Positions 13,305-25,777 of a DNA stretch of 64,000 bases are shown here, piece after piece (the first letter of the stretch is position 1; every line of letters begins with the position of its first letter). The position numbers and the translations under genes were made by a program. Source of the stretch: Selaginella moellendorffii. Taxonomy: Eukaryota > Plantae > Lycopodiophyta. The notes beneath the pieces were generated by a model. The model had not been told where the DNA came from and did no database searches. It saw only the letters and a list, made by a program, of their open reading frames with translations. Location of the stretch: contig NW_003314293.1 of the NCBI RefSeq assembly GCF_000143415.4, positions 527,763-591,762 on the forward strand, given 5' to 3'.

Positions 13305-14756
13305 CTAATCAATCCCAGTATGTGATTGCTTTTGTATACTATAAAGGATCATCTACTTGTCAAAAGTGAAGACAAGAAAAATAACAATATTGGGGAAATA
13401 TTTAATAAAGCAAGATATAATAATTTGAATAATGTATATGAATTTTTAACATTCAAATTAGAATGGTTATTTGCCATCTCTTTGGTATGCATATGTCACA
13501 AGAGTGTAGAGTTCTATTGGTGCTTCACTATATAAACTTTTATATAATTATAATTCAATACTTAGTTTTACCTTTGCAATTGCCATGAGCTACTGATGTT
13601 ATTATTCTTTCAAAAGTACATATTAAAGTGTTGTTAACATAAGTCATAGGATTAATATTTGACGAGCATTTTTCTACTTGTCCAAGTAAAGTCTGCTGAA
13701 CACTTGGGCCATGTACAAGTAGGAAAATAATGGCGCTATAACTCCTATCATCATCCACTTATAGAGTACAAAATGGATGACTTAGTATTAATTCATTTTC
13801 CCAATTTTACGATATGTGGTTTGTCTAAAGGTCTTTTTGCTCAATGGAAAAGACCATATTGGGTATTGTAACAAGTTGGATTGCAAGTCTATAAGGTTTA
13901 ACATGATATCCAACAGGCTAATCCTCCAGAAATTTTGCATGTGTAGCAACTGAAACACTTCTTATAAAGGGATAAAAAACAATTGGCACTATCTATAAAT
14001 CCACCGATGCCTTTTTTTTAATGTTCCTCTAAATCCCGGCCCATCCATGAAAGAACCCTAACGATCTTTTATCATTCCAAGAAGAGGGGATGATGTGAGG
14101 TTTATGTATACAATTATGATGCCATATATTAATATTAGCATAGCGGGATTTTGGTAGCTATCAGATTGGTTTCAATCTAGACCATTTACTTCTATATATA
14201 AACTAGGGTTTTTGGGCCAATTGGGATGCACATTTTTGTATTCTCTTTCTATATTTTATGCACTCACAAGTATTCATTATTTGTGCTAATAAAATTAATA
14301 ATTTTTAAATTTAACTTCACCTTTAATGTATTTTTATAGATTTAAAAGATAATGTTTTAAATTTTATTTTTAGATACTATTGAAGGTATGGGCTATATTC
14401 TCTAAAATATTCTTTAGATATGTTTTTTCTCCATTTATTTACAATGTTTCTTTAATTCCTTAGATATAACAAGTTTTAATAATGGAAAAAAAAATTTTAA
14501 TTATAAAGTAAAATCAAAAAAATAAATATACTAAAATGCATTATAAAGGCTTTCACAATGTATTAATCTATTTTGGTTTCTCAATCTATCTTGTTTTTAT
14601 ATTTAGAAATCACTTCAAACTCCACCATGTCAATTATTATATACTTTTTAATACTGTTCCTAAGTCTATATTAAATTAATAAATACATCTAATTCCATAA
14701 TTGAAATATGTCTCATATGTACATATGGCACTGTATTAATATTAACAAGCCTTCTT

Positions 14757-14892
14757 ACACCATCCCCATCACCACCTCCCACCATATGTATACAAATCCC
14801 TACCACCACCTTCACCATCTCCACCACCACCATACCTGTACTAATCTCCACCCCCGCCATCTCCATTGCCACTTCCTCCTTACTACTACAAG
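14757..14892 (+). pseudogene. Extensin (HRGP)-like gene fragment
   Basis: Translates as PSPSPPP/YVYKSLPPPSPSPPPPYLY*SPPPPSPLPLPPYYYK. These are SPPPP and YxY(K) extensin motifs with a frameshift and an in-frame stop, and no signal peptide nearby. Confidence 0.65.
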
Positions 14893-17041
14893 TGGCTTTA
14901 GTATATCTATTTCTATATCCCAAGTGCTTATATTACAGTCATTACACTAATAATATCATATCCAAAGTAATCTAGGGAATAATCATGCAATAGCCAACCC
15001 TCTTCACAATTGTTGTTGTGGTCTTTGACAATGTTTTTTTAGACTCACCAATCACAAAATTCTTGTCAAAATCAATAAGTCAACTTGAACATCAATTGGA
15101 ATGGATCTTTGCCAACAAATGTCTTGAATATCCTAATATAGAACTAGGTGAAACATTACAAAATTCAAAGGTTCCTTCCCCAAGTAAGCCAATTAGGGGT
15201 GATCACTTAATTGTAGGGCCCTTTTATTATCCTCACTAAAGAATACTGTAACTATACTTAGCTAACTTCTAGTCAAGAATAATAAGATAAAAAAAAAAGA
15301 TCTTGTGAGCTGAGAAAGAGCTATTGTGATAGTAGTGATGTATTGAGTTTTAGTTTGATAGAACAATTACAATGACCTGATGCTTCTAACACTATCCCAC
15401 CAAGCTGTAGCACCAAACTTCACCAACTAGATCCCCAAAGCTCTATTCACTTGTCTGGGGGCATGGGGCAGAAGTGTAAGGAGAGGTAGAGATTGTGGAC
15501 TACCTTTAATGTAGTGGTGTCAGCACTAATGGAGCAAAACAAGATATTAATCTTTTCTTTCTCTTTATAATGCATTTTATGTATGTAGTTTCAAAGATTA
15601 AAGAAGGAGAATCAAAGCATTTGGTGTTGAATCTAGCAGATTGAATATGCATTACCTAATTGAAGGCATTGCTAGCCCCTAACTGAGAATTTGATTCTTG
15701 TGGGAATCAAGCAATAAGAACTTGCAAGGATGGTGATGATAAGTAGTAAAATAGCACTAGTTGTTGATATCACTGGACAGATCACAAATGTCTACAACAA
15801 AGTCAAAGACTGAAGTGGTAATTTAGGAGTGCAAACTAGAGCTTCCTTTCTTGGATCATGAGTTTCTATGATGCTATCACTAGTTTCCAGGGGCCACAAG
15901 CTGCAACAAATCATACCTCACTGATATTCTTGTTGGAAAATTTGAATGTGGACAATGGAAATGATAGGGAAGGTGACTAAGGTGATGAGGTGTAGGAGTT
16001 GGAGCTTAAGAAGCTCAAGGAAGAAGAAAAGGAGAGAATAAGTCACTCACTTTGGTGTTCTGAAGGACATGAATGCTCTTATCACTAGCAAGATTAAATT
16101 TATTGCCCTCCAGTAGAAAACTGATTTTGATCAAAATGGACAAAGCTGTGTTAAATGCTCAATTCTCATTGGAGTTTGAGAATATGCCTAACATGATCCT
16201 TGGAGAACTAAATGGAGCAATAGTAGGAGCAACATAATTGTGTGTTCATTAGCCTAGCTCATATTTAATTTCTTCATTTCTTGAGCATAGGTGCTATGGA
16301 CAGATTCATGTTAGAATACTGTAATAATGCTTGTTGGAAATGAAAGCTATAAATGAAAAAAAACTTTTATATTGGAATATTTATAAGGAGCACTTCTTGA
16401 AGATCGATATTAGAAGCACTTATTAAGGAAATTATAACATTACTTGATTGTTTGGTCTTTAAGTTAACTTTTTAAGTTAAATACTTCTTCTCAAGAATAC
16501 ATAATCTCATTAGATCAAGAGAATAATAATATAGTAGCATGTACTGGAGGATAAAATATAATTTGATCATGTGGCAGCTGATATGGATGGAATTATCTTT
16601 TTTTTTTGTGAGATTTAAAAATTCTTTGGAATTTAGGCAGGAGAATCAAGAGTGAGGCAATCTAGGGAAATTTAATGGATTCAAAGAGATCACCAGCAAA
16701 ACAAAGAGATAGCAACAAGTTCTAGACAATAGTCCAAGATCATGAGAAATCACAAAAATCTTGGGTTTGAATGATAAAAGGGTTGGAGCAATAGAGGGCC
16801 TCACTATTGGTCATGGCCAAGAAGCTACTAGAAATGTTGTGTATAGCATCTTTTGGTGTTGCGATCTGGTGGGATGAAATCTTGCTGCAAGAAGACCCCT
16901 GGAGGCCAGACAAGTTCAAGGAGAAAAAGGATTAGCTCAAGCCAGACATGTGAATTCAATCCAGCTACACCATATGGATTAAACCTGATTTAAAACTGTT
17001 TGCCCCACTTAAAGGTTTGTTCAAAATGTAGGTTCATCATC

Positions 17042-18436
17042 ATGGCTACTTCTTTGGTTTCCTCTCAATTTGCTGGGGCTTTTGTGGAGCGCGGGTGGTC
17101 GGGAAGAATTAGGTCGAAGAGATTCTCAGGCATTGTGGCCGCATCGAGGCCTGGAGATTTTGAGAGCGACGGCGAGCTCATCACCAAGCGGCTCAAGGAT
17201 TTGTCGGTAATGTCAATCTTCTCTAGAAGTACTTTGAGATTGGGACGGGAATGCAGGATAGCCTATTGCTGCCTCGTGATTTCCTGAAGTCCCTTCCTCG
17301 AGATTTGCAAGTGGATGTAAGTCAGTGATCCATTGATCGAGTTGTTCCAATTGATCTTTGTTTGGCTCTTCTCTTTTGCTCACAGGTTAACGATGCAGCG
17401 TTTGCACTATCCAGAGGTCCTGTTCATCAAGAGGTGCCCCGTTTTTCTCCTCCTTTCGCTTCTCTTGTTTTGTTCTTTCTAAGACAAAGCTAAGATTTTC
17501 TTTAGTGTGGAAGCCAAGTTGGAGAGCTTCTTCAGCGGCTTTCAAAGGCGTGGGAGCGAGCCGACACGGACTCGGTTGGAGAAATTGGCAAGGCTTTCAC
17601 GGGTTTGGAGGGAGCAATCTCAAAGAGTGGCAATGGACCTGGTAAAGTTTTTCAACGTATACTCGTTCTCTTCCATGAGTAACTTCTCGTTTGCTTGTTT
17701 CATTCATGCAGCCTTTGGAAGGAGACTGATCAGAGCTGGGAACTACTTCAAGTCCACAGGACAATATGCTCAGGGCGAATTTCAAGATGTACGCCATCGT
17801 TTAGTTTCTTTATTTTTTGCGTGTGTGTGTGTGTGTGTGTGTGTGTGAGCGCTAACAATTTCTTATCAAGTTTGCAGATAGCCAAAGCTCTTTTGGCTCT
17901 TGGAGAGGCAGTGGGAGGGCGAGAAGCTCCAGAGACTGACATATCCACCATGCCCAGAGTTTTGAAGGTAAAGAAAGAAGAAACTTTTTCGTTTTTCATA
18001 GAAGAAGTAGAGACTTGTATACTTCTTCCACGACCAGTTTGGAACCTTGCAAGTAGAGATCACGCCGGGCAAAGCGTTCACAGGAGCAGCTATTGCCTTG
18101 GTTTTCGGGTATGATTTTTGGTTTCTTCTTCACTATCAAAACAAGCCTCCTTTTTTCTATTTTATGAAGGTTTTTATCATGGCAGCTTGCCGCGGCTGTC
18201 AAAAACATTCCAGAGTCTTCCCTGAGCTACGCAAACGACAATGCTCTAATGGTTGCGGCTGTAAGTCTCTAAAAAAACTTTCGTCGCTTTTCATAGCTCA
18301 ATTTGCTTTGTTTCTTCCATTTTTCCAGTCTTTGCGGGGAACTCTGCTTGCGATGGCCTATTCATGTGCTGGTCTCAGTGCATTCTCCACTGTCGGCTTA
18401 ATCGTTCTTGGCTTCCAGGCCAAGAACAAGGAATAG
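17042..18436 (+). CDS. Conserved putative chloroplast membrane protein (At5g37360-like), multi-exon
   Basis: Transit-peptide-like N-terminus MATSLVSSQF. Spliced blocks LPRDLQVD|VNDAAFALSRGPV.QE|CG..LSKAWERAD..|AFGRRLIRAG..GQYAQGEFQ|IAKAL..|FGTLQVEITP..AFTGAAI..|IPESSLSYANDNAL|SLRGTLLA match a family recalled from Arabidopsis. GT-AG introns. Confidence 0.8.
17821..17847. repeat. (GT)n microsatellite, intronic
   Basis: About 13 GT units. Confidence 0.95.
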
Positions 18437-18496
18437 AGTTATACTGTGAGCAAGGGAAGAATCTGTACAATTCAATGCGACCTTTTATCATCACTT

Positions 18497-18568
18497 GTCG
18501 TTGTAGTATAGTGGTAAGTATTTCCGCCTGTCACGCGGACGACCCGGGTTCGATCCCCGGCAACGGCG
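18497..18568 (+). tRNA. trnD-GUC: tRNA-Asp(GTC)
   Basis: GTCGTTG acceptor stem pairs with CAACGGC, A box TAGTATAGTGG, anticodon arm TCCGC-CT-GTC-AC-GCGGA, B box GGTTCGATCC, and a T-run Pol III terminator at ~18574. Confidence 0.97.
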
Positions 18569-18674
18569 ACATCTTTTTGCTAAAATCATGCGTTTTTTTT
18601 TTCTTTGTGGTGTTCTTGAGTCTCGGCCTTTCGTTTTCGCGGATAAAGCTCCATAATTTTCTTCTTTTCATTTC

Positions 18675-19743
18675 ATGCTTGGAAGAATTGTAGCAGCGCA
18701 GAGGCCCATCTCGATTTGCAGCAATGCGAGGTACGATGAGGAAGAAAGGACGAGCGTGTGGGATTCTTCCAATGCCAAGAGCGTGAGGCGCAGAAACAGG
18801 GTGAGATTCATCGAAGAGAGCTCTTGGAACACCCAAAATGGCTACTCCAATCGGAGAAGTAAATTCCATGACAATGAAGAGCGCAGCAAGAGATGGGAGT
18901 TTCCTCGAGATCAAGAAGATGAAGATTTCGATGATTATGATGAAGAGGAGGACGATGAAGAGGAAGAGGATGAAGACCAAATGGATTTTAGAGCAGTAAG
19001 TTAAGAACAAAGATTTTCCTTTTTTTGAGATTTTGATGCTATGGTTTTGATCTTAGGTGCTTGGTCTGTTTGGAATTGGACTACCAGTGGCGTTCATAGC
19101 AGTTCCATGGCTGATCAATCACCCCATGGCTCTCACAATGGTTCTTGCTCTACCTCCACTGGTCCAGCGGGCTTTCAGATTTGCTGTGGACGTGACGAGC
19201 TCGTTCTCAAGATCTCGATCCAGATTTCGAGCAAGATATCGATCGAGGTTTGCAGGTCCTGCGCGTCGCCGCTATCAAAGATCGAGGACTAGAGAGAAAG
19301 AGATGGATCGAGACGAAGAAATGGATCCAAGATATGGAAATGGAGGGATGGATCGAAGATATAGAGATGGAGAGCGATCTCAGAGCTATAGAACATATAA
19401 AAGAGGTGGTAAAGAGGTGGATCTAGATGGAGAAATGGATCAAAAATATAGAGGGATGGATAGCACGTACACCAGCGATCGAAGAACTAGAGATGGCAAT
19501 ACGAGCGACGATGAGATTGGTGGTGTTAGCTCCTGGGACATCTCGAACGACAGCAAGGAAGAACAGGGAAGTATGGATGGATGGATTGAGCTGGAAAATG
19601 ATAGAAAGCTGCAGTTTCGACGTACCAGAAGAGTAGCAAAGGCACGGATGCGAAGGCTCCAAAGGAGGAAGGACATTTCCTTGTTCTGGAGATTTGTTCT
19701 ATCAGCTTTTCCTTTCTTGCGGTCGTGGGGAGGATTCCTGTAG
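18675..19743 (+). CDS. Uncharacterised plant membrane protein, 2 exons (acidic tract, one hydrophobic hairpin, C-terminal ..AFPFLRSW..)
   Basis: Exons 18675-18995 and 19057-19743, phase-0 GT-AG intron, open frame. The C-terminal motif resembles a conserved unknown plant family. Confidence 0.7.
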
Positions 19744-19885
19744 CATACAAGCAAAACTTATTAGCATGGCTACACAGAGCTTGAATCAAGAGAAACTTAC
19801 TTGTGAATAAGCATACGAGTAGAAGAAATCTGTGAGCACTCGAAAGTAAAAAACGGAGTCAAGGCAAGATGGAAACGTTATCGAG

Positions 19886-22436
19886 TTACCATGAGAGATT
19901 CCACAGGGGTGTTGTCGGCCAATATTGCCAGCACGCAGGCCGGTCCCTGGAGATGAGCAACACCTTGGAACCCGAGTAGTCGAAAGTTGGACAGTACAAA
20001 TCATCGCTGCCAATGACTGCCGGTCCGCAAGCTCCGCCAGTCGATGCATCGAACACGAACAAGCCGTTCCCGTTGACAGCCATGACCGAGCTTTTGTCTC
20101 CCCAAACTTGAGATATTTGCGTGTGTAGATGATGAGAAGAAACCGACTTTGGAAGCGTGTAGAGCATCATTGGCTGGCCTTTGCGTATAGACCATTGCTG
20201 GATGGTACACTTCGACTTGATCGTGCCTGCCGCGTAGACTGCTTCGCCGTGAGCGTACAGGGAGTGAACGTCCTGACCAAGCGTTGGAATCTTCACAGCA
20301 ATTCCTGAAGGGACCCGAAAGTCGAGGATGCTCACAGCTTCTTGAGTCGCAACGACTCCGACGATTCCATCAATGTTCTTAGAGTTAATCCTGTGGAAGT
20401 GTCAGAACGAATCGATAATAGACATCAGAAAGTACGTACCTTTGTCTGACGCCGCCATTGCACTCGCCATCGATGTTGTATATATGAACAGCTCGAGGAG
20501 CATTGCCGGCTAAGTCGATGGTGTGGACGCACTGAGCTTCTGCATTGGACACGTCCCATGCAGTGACGACTTTATCTTCCACGGCGATTAGAGTACCCCT
20601 GCTCCTCCACTGTAGCGGCGAACTGTAGCTCATAGTTGATGACAGGCATCTCTTTGAATCCCAATTCATGACACGATCACCATCTCGAATGTCGTAGAGC
20701 GTAAGTGTCTTCAGCCCACTGCCTCCACAAGCTATAAGAGGACCACAAGGTGTGTACCACCATAAAGGGAAGTCCAGCTCTCCCTTGGATTCGGAAAACC
20801 TGTGGCCTTGAGTGGAGCCTGATCCCAGGGACGAAGTATCCTTTGAAGAGCGTCTAGATTCTGGACTCGAGCTTCTGTTGCTATGGGGTGTCGTCGGCCA
20901 AGATGGGGTCTCGGAACGATACGCAGCTACAGTTTTTTCGTAGAAGTTCCACGAACAAAATGCCGGATCAACTGCAGTGCCAGCAGAAGCTGCCACTACG
21001 TATTTACACGAGCGACCATCCATTCCTGCGGCTCTGATAAGCCAGCAATCTCGCCAAGTCGAAGGGACTAGTTCTTCAGGTAGTTTGTACTGAGATTTCT
21101 CCTGCAAGTCAAAAAAATCTGAAGCTGTTACAAAAACCTTTGAATATAAACAACAGCTTACCTCCATATTAGCAACATCGTAGAACGAGCAGCTACCATC
21201 ATCGTGTGCCAAAAGCATTCCCTCTGCTTCGTAGACAAACCATCCCGCCAGCACAGATTTACTTCCGAGCTGACAAAGTTCCGGCTCCGTGTCGTCTACT
21301 GGCAGTTCCAAAGCAGAAACATTCACCGCGGGTACCGCATTCTCCTGGTCCTCGGTAACATCTTCCGACAGGACTTCATCACATTCAAGACCCACCAGAG
21401 CCTCAAAAGCCACGTCCGAGGCAGACGTGTTTGCGCTTTTGTAGCTGCCGGAGGAGCGATTGTCACTTAGTGAATGCCGTCGCCTCTTCTCCGAAGTCCC
21501 AGTGCGTATAGTAGAAGCCACGCAGCTCTTTTCCACACTACTGTCGTTCCCACAACGGAGCAAGGGCAGTGCTTTCACTTCTATGGACGTGGAAGGGACC
21601 TTTGCAGCTTGAGAGCACTTCAAGGAAGCCAGAAACTCGTCGGCAACCGTCAGCAAACTCTCGTGCACGGACACCGTGTTGGATTTCCTGCCCTCCGAGT
21701 CTGACTTCTCCTCCAAAGTAACTATCGTAGATTCCTGGGAAAGCCCACAACTCGTCGTGAGCTCCCTCCTCCCCCCCTCGATTCCACGGGACACAATTAC
21801 CTTCTCAATGTTGGAAATCTTGCTCTGGATATCTGTGAGAACCTGGTTGCTCATAGGATGACTCGCGTGAAGGAGCTGCTTTGTATCTCTGAGCTCGCTC
21901 GCCAACTGCGTGACTCGATCTTCCAGCAACGAAAGCCTTGTGTGTAGCTCGACTGAGAAGAGACCACCTCCACCTTCCTGCTTGTGAGATTCTTCCTTCA
22001 CTACTTCTCCTTGTAGTCCAGTCTCTGGAGAACACTGCTTAGGCTCAACGCTGCTGCTCACAGTGCTACCAGTCTCCTCTTTCGTTGTGCTTCCCACACT
22101 CTCTGGCTTCACACACTTCCCTACTGGCGCTGGCTTCTTCCCCGAGGATGTCTGGCAGTGCACTGGAGCTGGAGAGATTGACCTTTCCTGCGGACCCTTT
22201 CCCGCCCGGAGCTTGAGCAAATCGATTGTCTTCTTCCCGGGCACCACTTTCTCCTGCGATGACGCCGCCTTCCCGGCGCGGAGCTTTAGCAGATCGATCG
22301 TCTTCCTCCCTGACCCTGGCTTCTGCGATTCGACGGGAGGGGGAGAAACCCCAATCAGCTCATCCGGATGGGGAGCAATCGCCTTGCCGCTCCCTCCGCC
22401 CCGCCCTTTCTTCCTCACGATCTGCTGCATTTCCAA
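19886..22436 (-). CDS. KIN14B-interacting At4g14310-like protein (coiled coil + WD40-like propeller)
   Basis: Exons 22436-21162, 21101-20440 and 20390-19886. Motifs GWFV.EAEG.LLAHDDGSCSFYDVAN.E|EK, WRDCWLIRA.G.DG.S.KYVVAASAG, WWY.PCGPLI, YSSPLQWR.RG and LLISRDRPA.W. Confidence 0.85.
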
Positions 22437-22687
22437 TCGCCTGGAGCGCGATTGGAATCTCGATCTATGCTAGGACACTACCTTCGTACCACAATGCCGA
22501 TCCGGTCACCGTGGAGAAACCCTGGAGAGCCGATAGAACCCTAGAAAAGAGAATGTGGTACTAGCTGAGAAAATGGCGGGATAGCGTTTGTAAAGAAGCG
22601 GGAAAGTTAATGTCATCCAACGGCTGATATTCCCACACCTGGATGGACGGTGACCCGGACACGGCATGCGTGACTAGGAATATTCGA

Positions 22688-23602
22688 TCACTCGTTTGAA
22701 GTGACCACCTTCGCGACCTTACGTGGTTCTCTTTGGTTCGTTAAAGGACATTGCATTTCTTGCCAGCTTACGGCAACCATTGTAGCACCTGGAAGAACAC
22801 AGAGAGAAAAAAAAATCGAATCGCAAAACTTTTGGTAGAAACGAGGAAGAACTTTGGCATACCAGCGACGCTCACAGCCGAAACGACGCCAAGTTCGTTC
22901 TTTGCAGTGGAAAGATAGTAAGCGCGAGAGTCTCCGAGCGAGATCTGGGAAAAAAATCGAGAGAAAACGATCGATCGAACAGTGAAGTGACGAGTTTTAG
23001 TTACCACTTCCGCTCGAATGATGTCTCCAGGCCGGAACGAAGAATGCATGTCTACTTTGTCGATCTCAGTGAGCCTTACATCCTGTTGTCTTCGCAGAGA
23101 GAGAAAATAAAAACCATACAAGTTTGAAGAACATCACGGGAACTTGGAAAGAAATCCTGGTACCTGACTATGCCCGTGAATTTCTCCTTCACGGCCCTTG
23201 GCCCGACGCAAACGATATCAGCCGAAGCCATTCGTGCCTGGACTTTCGTGATCTACAATCGCAACAAGCAAAAGAAGAGAAATATCAATCGATTTCGAGG
23301 AGTTCCATAAATTTCTACCTTGGCAGTGACTGTCGATCCAGCTTCTGGCACTGCGTCCCTCTCCTTCTCCCTGCGAATCTCGATCGTAGGCCTCTGGAAA
23401 GATCTCAGCAGAAATTTCTTCCAGCAAATTCGTCCATTACCAGATCATCCGAGCCTTGTTTCGCCTCGATCAAATGCCGGATCCCGACGAGCGAGGCGTA
23501 AATCTTACCGTCGTGGCAGTAGGAGCCTCTGCCGGCATTGAATTCGGACGCCAGGCCAAGCAGCTCGCCCGGCGTCCGGAGATCGTCTTCCCGCTTCGCC
23601 AT
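22688..23602 (-). CDS. CSL4: Exosome complex component CSL4
   Basis: TPGE.LG..AGRGSY..IYASLVG, RQQDVRLTEIDKVDMHSSFRPGDIIRAEV|ISLGDSRAYYLSTAKNELGVV and MVAVSWQEMQCP..EPRKVAK, over six GT-AG exons. Confidence 0.93.
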
Positions 23603-23706
23603 AGCCACGAAGAACCCTAAACCCCTAGTTATTAACCACGGATAATAAACCAACATTAAAGGCCGAGTTTTGCTGATAAAGACATGATAGAACCTCCTTA
23701 GAATGA
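23603..23706. promoter_or_regulatory. Putative bidirectional promoter (104 bp) with a telo-box-like AACCCTAAA
   Basis: Head-to-head ATGs at 23602(-) and 23707(+); AACCCTAAA at 23613-23621. Confidence 0.5.
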
Positions 23707-25536
23707 ATGACTAATAAGAACATAATGGGAGAAGAAGGGAATGCCGATGATGCTCGCGATGGCGCCTCGCGCGATCATCACCTCGCGAGGGGGAAGGGAT
23801 TCTGGAATCCATGGCCATCGTTTGGATTCGAGGGGAATGCGCGAGAGGCGATCGTCATGTTCCTCAGGGCAAGGCCGCCTTTCTTTTCTTTCAATCGATC
23901 GATCATTCTTTCCTCGTCTATTCCCCTCCAGGATTTCGATCGCAAGCGCTGCCAAGTGACCGCCGAGGTGCGCGCGAGATTGGGACGGCGGCCGCTCAGC
24001 ACAGATCTGGCGAGCATTCGCAGCCCGCCAGAGGAATCGGCCCAGGTATTTCTTGGCAGGATTTGGGAGCCAAGAAGCGTGATTTCTTGGGAAATTTTCT
24101 ATCGCAGGTGACATGGATCGGGCACGCGACATTCCTCGTCCAGTTCGATCGTCTCAACATCCTCACGGATCCAGGTGAGCTGCGATTTCGCTGCTCTTGC
24201 CAGAGATTTAACCCAGCGAGTGTTTTCCAGTGTGGTCGGAGCGCTGCTCTCCCTCGAGCATCATTGGGCCGAAACGGTAGTAACAAATTTCCTTGTCCTT
24301 GTTTACCTTGTGTGGTGTTGCAGTGTGATGCCAGTTCCGTTCCCAATAAAGGAGCTACCTCCCATCGACGTGGTCATTATATCTCACAACCATTACGGTA
24401 CTCTCGAACATCTCGATCGATTTGTTTCTTTTCCTAGCGTTCTCAAGCGAACTTCTTTGAACAGACCATCTAGACGAGACAACCGTCAGAGCTCTAGGAA
24501 ACACGCCTCTCTATCTTGTCCCGCTCGGAATTAAAAAATGGTAAGATCTAGCTTGCGTGTAAAGAAATAATTTTTTTTCTCAGTGATGGTTTACTGGTGT
24601 GACCAGGTTTAACGGAATCGGAATCACAAACGTGGTATGTTTCTCGATCGTTTGTACTTCTCGGGATCCTCTCATTTGATCATCACAGGTGGAATTGGAA
24701 TGGTGGGAAGAACATAAAATACCGTACAGCGGTTCTAAAGTTCTCAAGGCGGTATGCACGCCTTGCCAACATTTTTCTGGTCGTGGTATATTTGATCGAA
24801 ACAAGGTTAGAAAGAACTTAAGTCAGAGCTTTGTAATTATCCTGTTCACCCGTTGCAATGCAGACGCTCTGGTGTTCTTGGGTCATGGAAGCAGACAAGA
24901 GGAAGTTCTACTTCGCCGGTGATACGGGGTTTTGCACTGTTCCTCGGCATAGCGACCACAATGGTGGCGTTCCAGAAACAGGCGCTGGAGGTGGCTAAGT
25001 TCTTTCTTTATGTTTTCCTCTGTAACGTGCGCTGACTTGACATTGCAGCTCAATTGTCTGTTTGTCCCGCATTTGAAGAGATTGGAAAACGCTATGGACC
25101 ATTTGACTTCGCATTCATTCCAATCGGAGCTTACAGCCCTCGCTACTTCATGAGTCCTATCCACTGTTCTCCAGGTAAATCACCAACCAGGATTCGATTG
25201 CATATATGTCTTATATATCGATCAACGTTGCAGAGGATGCCGTGGCCATCCACCGAATCGTCAGGTCCAAGCTATCAATTGCGATGCACTGGGGTCAGTC
25301 TTTTCCGAGTCTTCTTTTTATTTTCTTTGGCTTGTTGTGAATTAAACTTGATCGCAGGAACGTTTGTTCTGACGGACGAGCCGCTGCTGGAACCGCCTGC
25401 GAGATTGCAGAAGGTCTGTTTCGTGTGAAGTTCTTTTCTCATGTCGTCGGTCTGTTCTGTCCAGGAGCTGGAGAGGTTGAAGATAGACGCGTCCGCATTT
25501 ATCACAATGAAGCACGGCGAGACAAAGTGTATATGA
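23707..25536 (+). CDS. NAPE-PLD-like metallo-beta-lactamase-fold hydrolase, multi-exon
   Basis: [28 protein letters not shown]|[22 protein letters not shown]|DHLD (HxHxDH split by an intron), [38 protein letters not shown] and MHWG|TFVLTDEP. Stop at 25534-25536. Confidence 0.88.
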
Positions 25537-25777
25537 AGTGAATGCCACCTTACAAAGTACTACTGATTCGGTGAGCCGCTCTTTATGATTCTATTTCATA
25601 CGATTTGTATTAGGTGGATAAGTTTTCCGTGAAGCTCTTTACAGTGAGGCGTTACAGGCGCTTGACTTTAGATTCGTGAGAGGACTAGTTTGTCTCCGGA
25701 TTCGGTGAACTACTTCTATCATTAAGTCTGGAGATTTTCATTTGGAGCTCTCTACTAGTGAACTATCTGCAGTGAGT

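Larger units (their letters stand above)
9290..14268 (+). mobile_element. Decayed Ty3/gypsy LTR retrotransposon (copy 1), short ~175-bp LTRs
   Basis: Remnants of gag, RT (..PFGLNNASATFQ..FINDILI at ~11400-11520), RNase H (FILCIDA..YFTTKNKCLVAI) and integrase, with many stops. PPT GAAGAGGGGATGA at 14081-14093, 3' LTR 14094-14268 (TG...CA), and a related 5' LTR ending at ~9449. Confidence 0.85.

Noticed and set aside
15330-16960. Retroelement gag remnants (..ATAWWDSV.. on -, ..AIWWDEI.. on +)
   Set aside because: Motifs are too short and degraded to support a call without a search.
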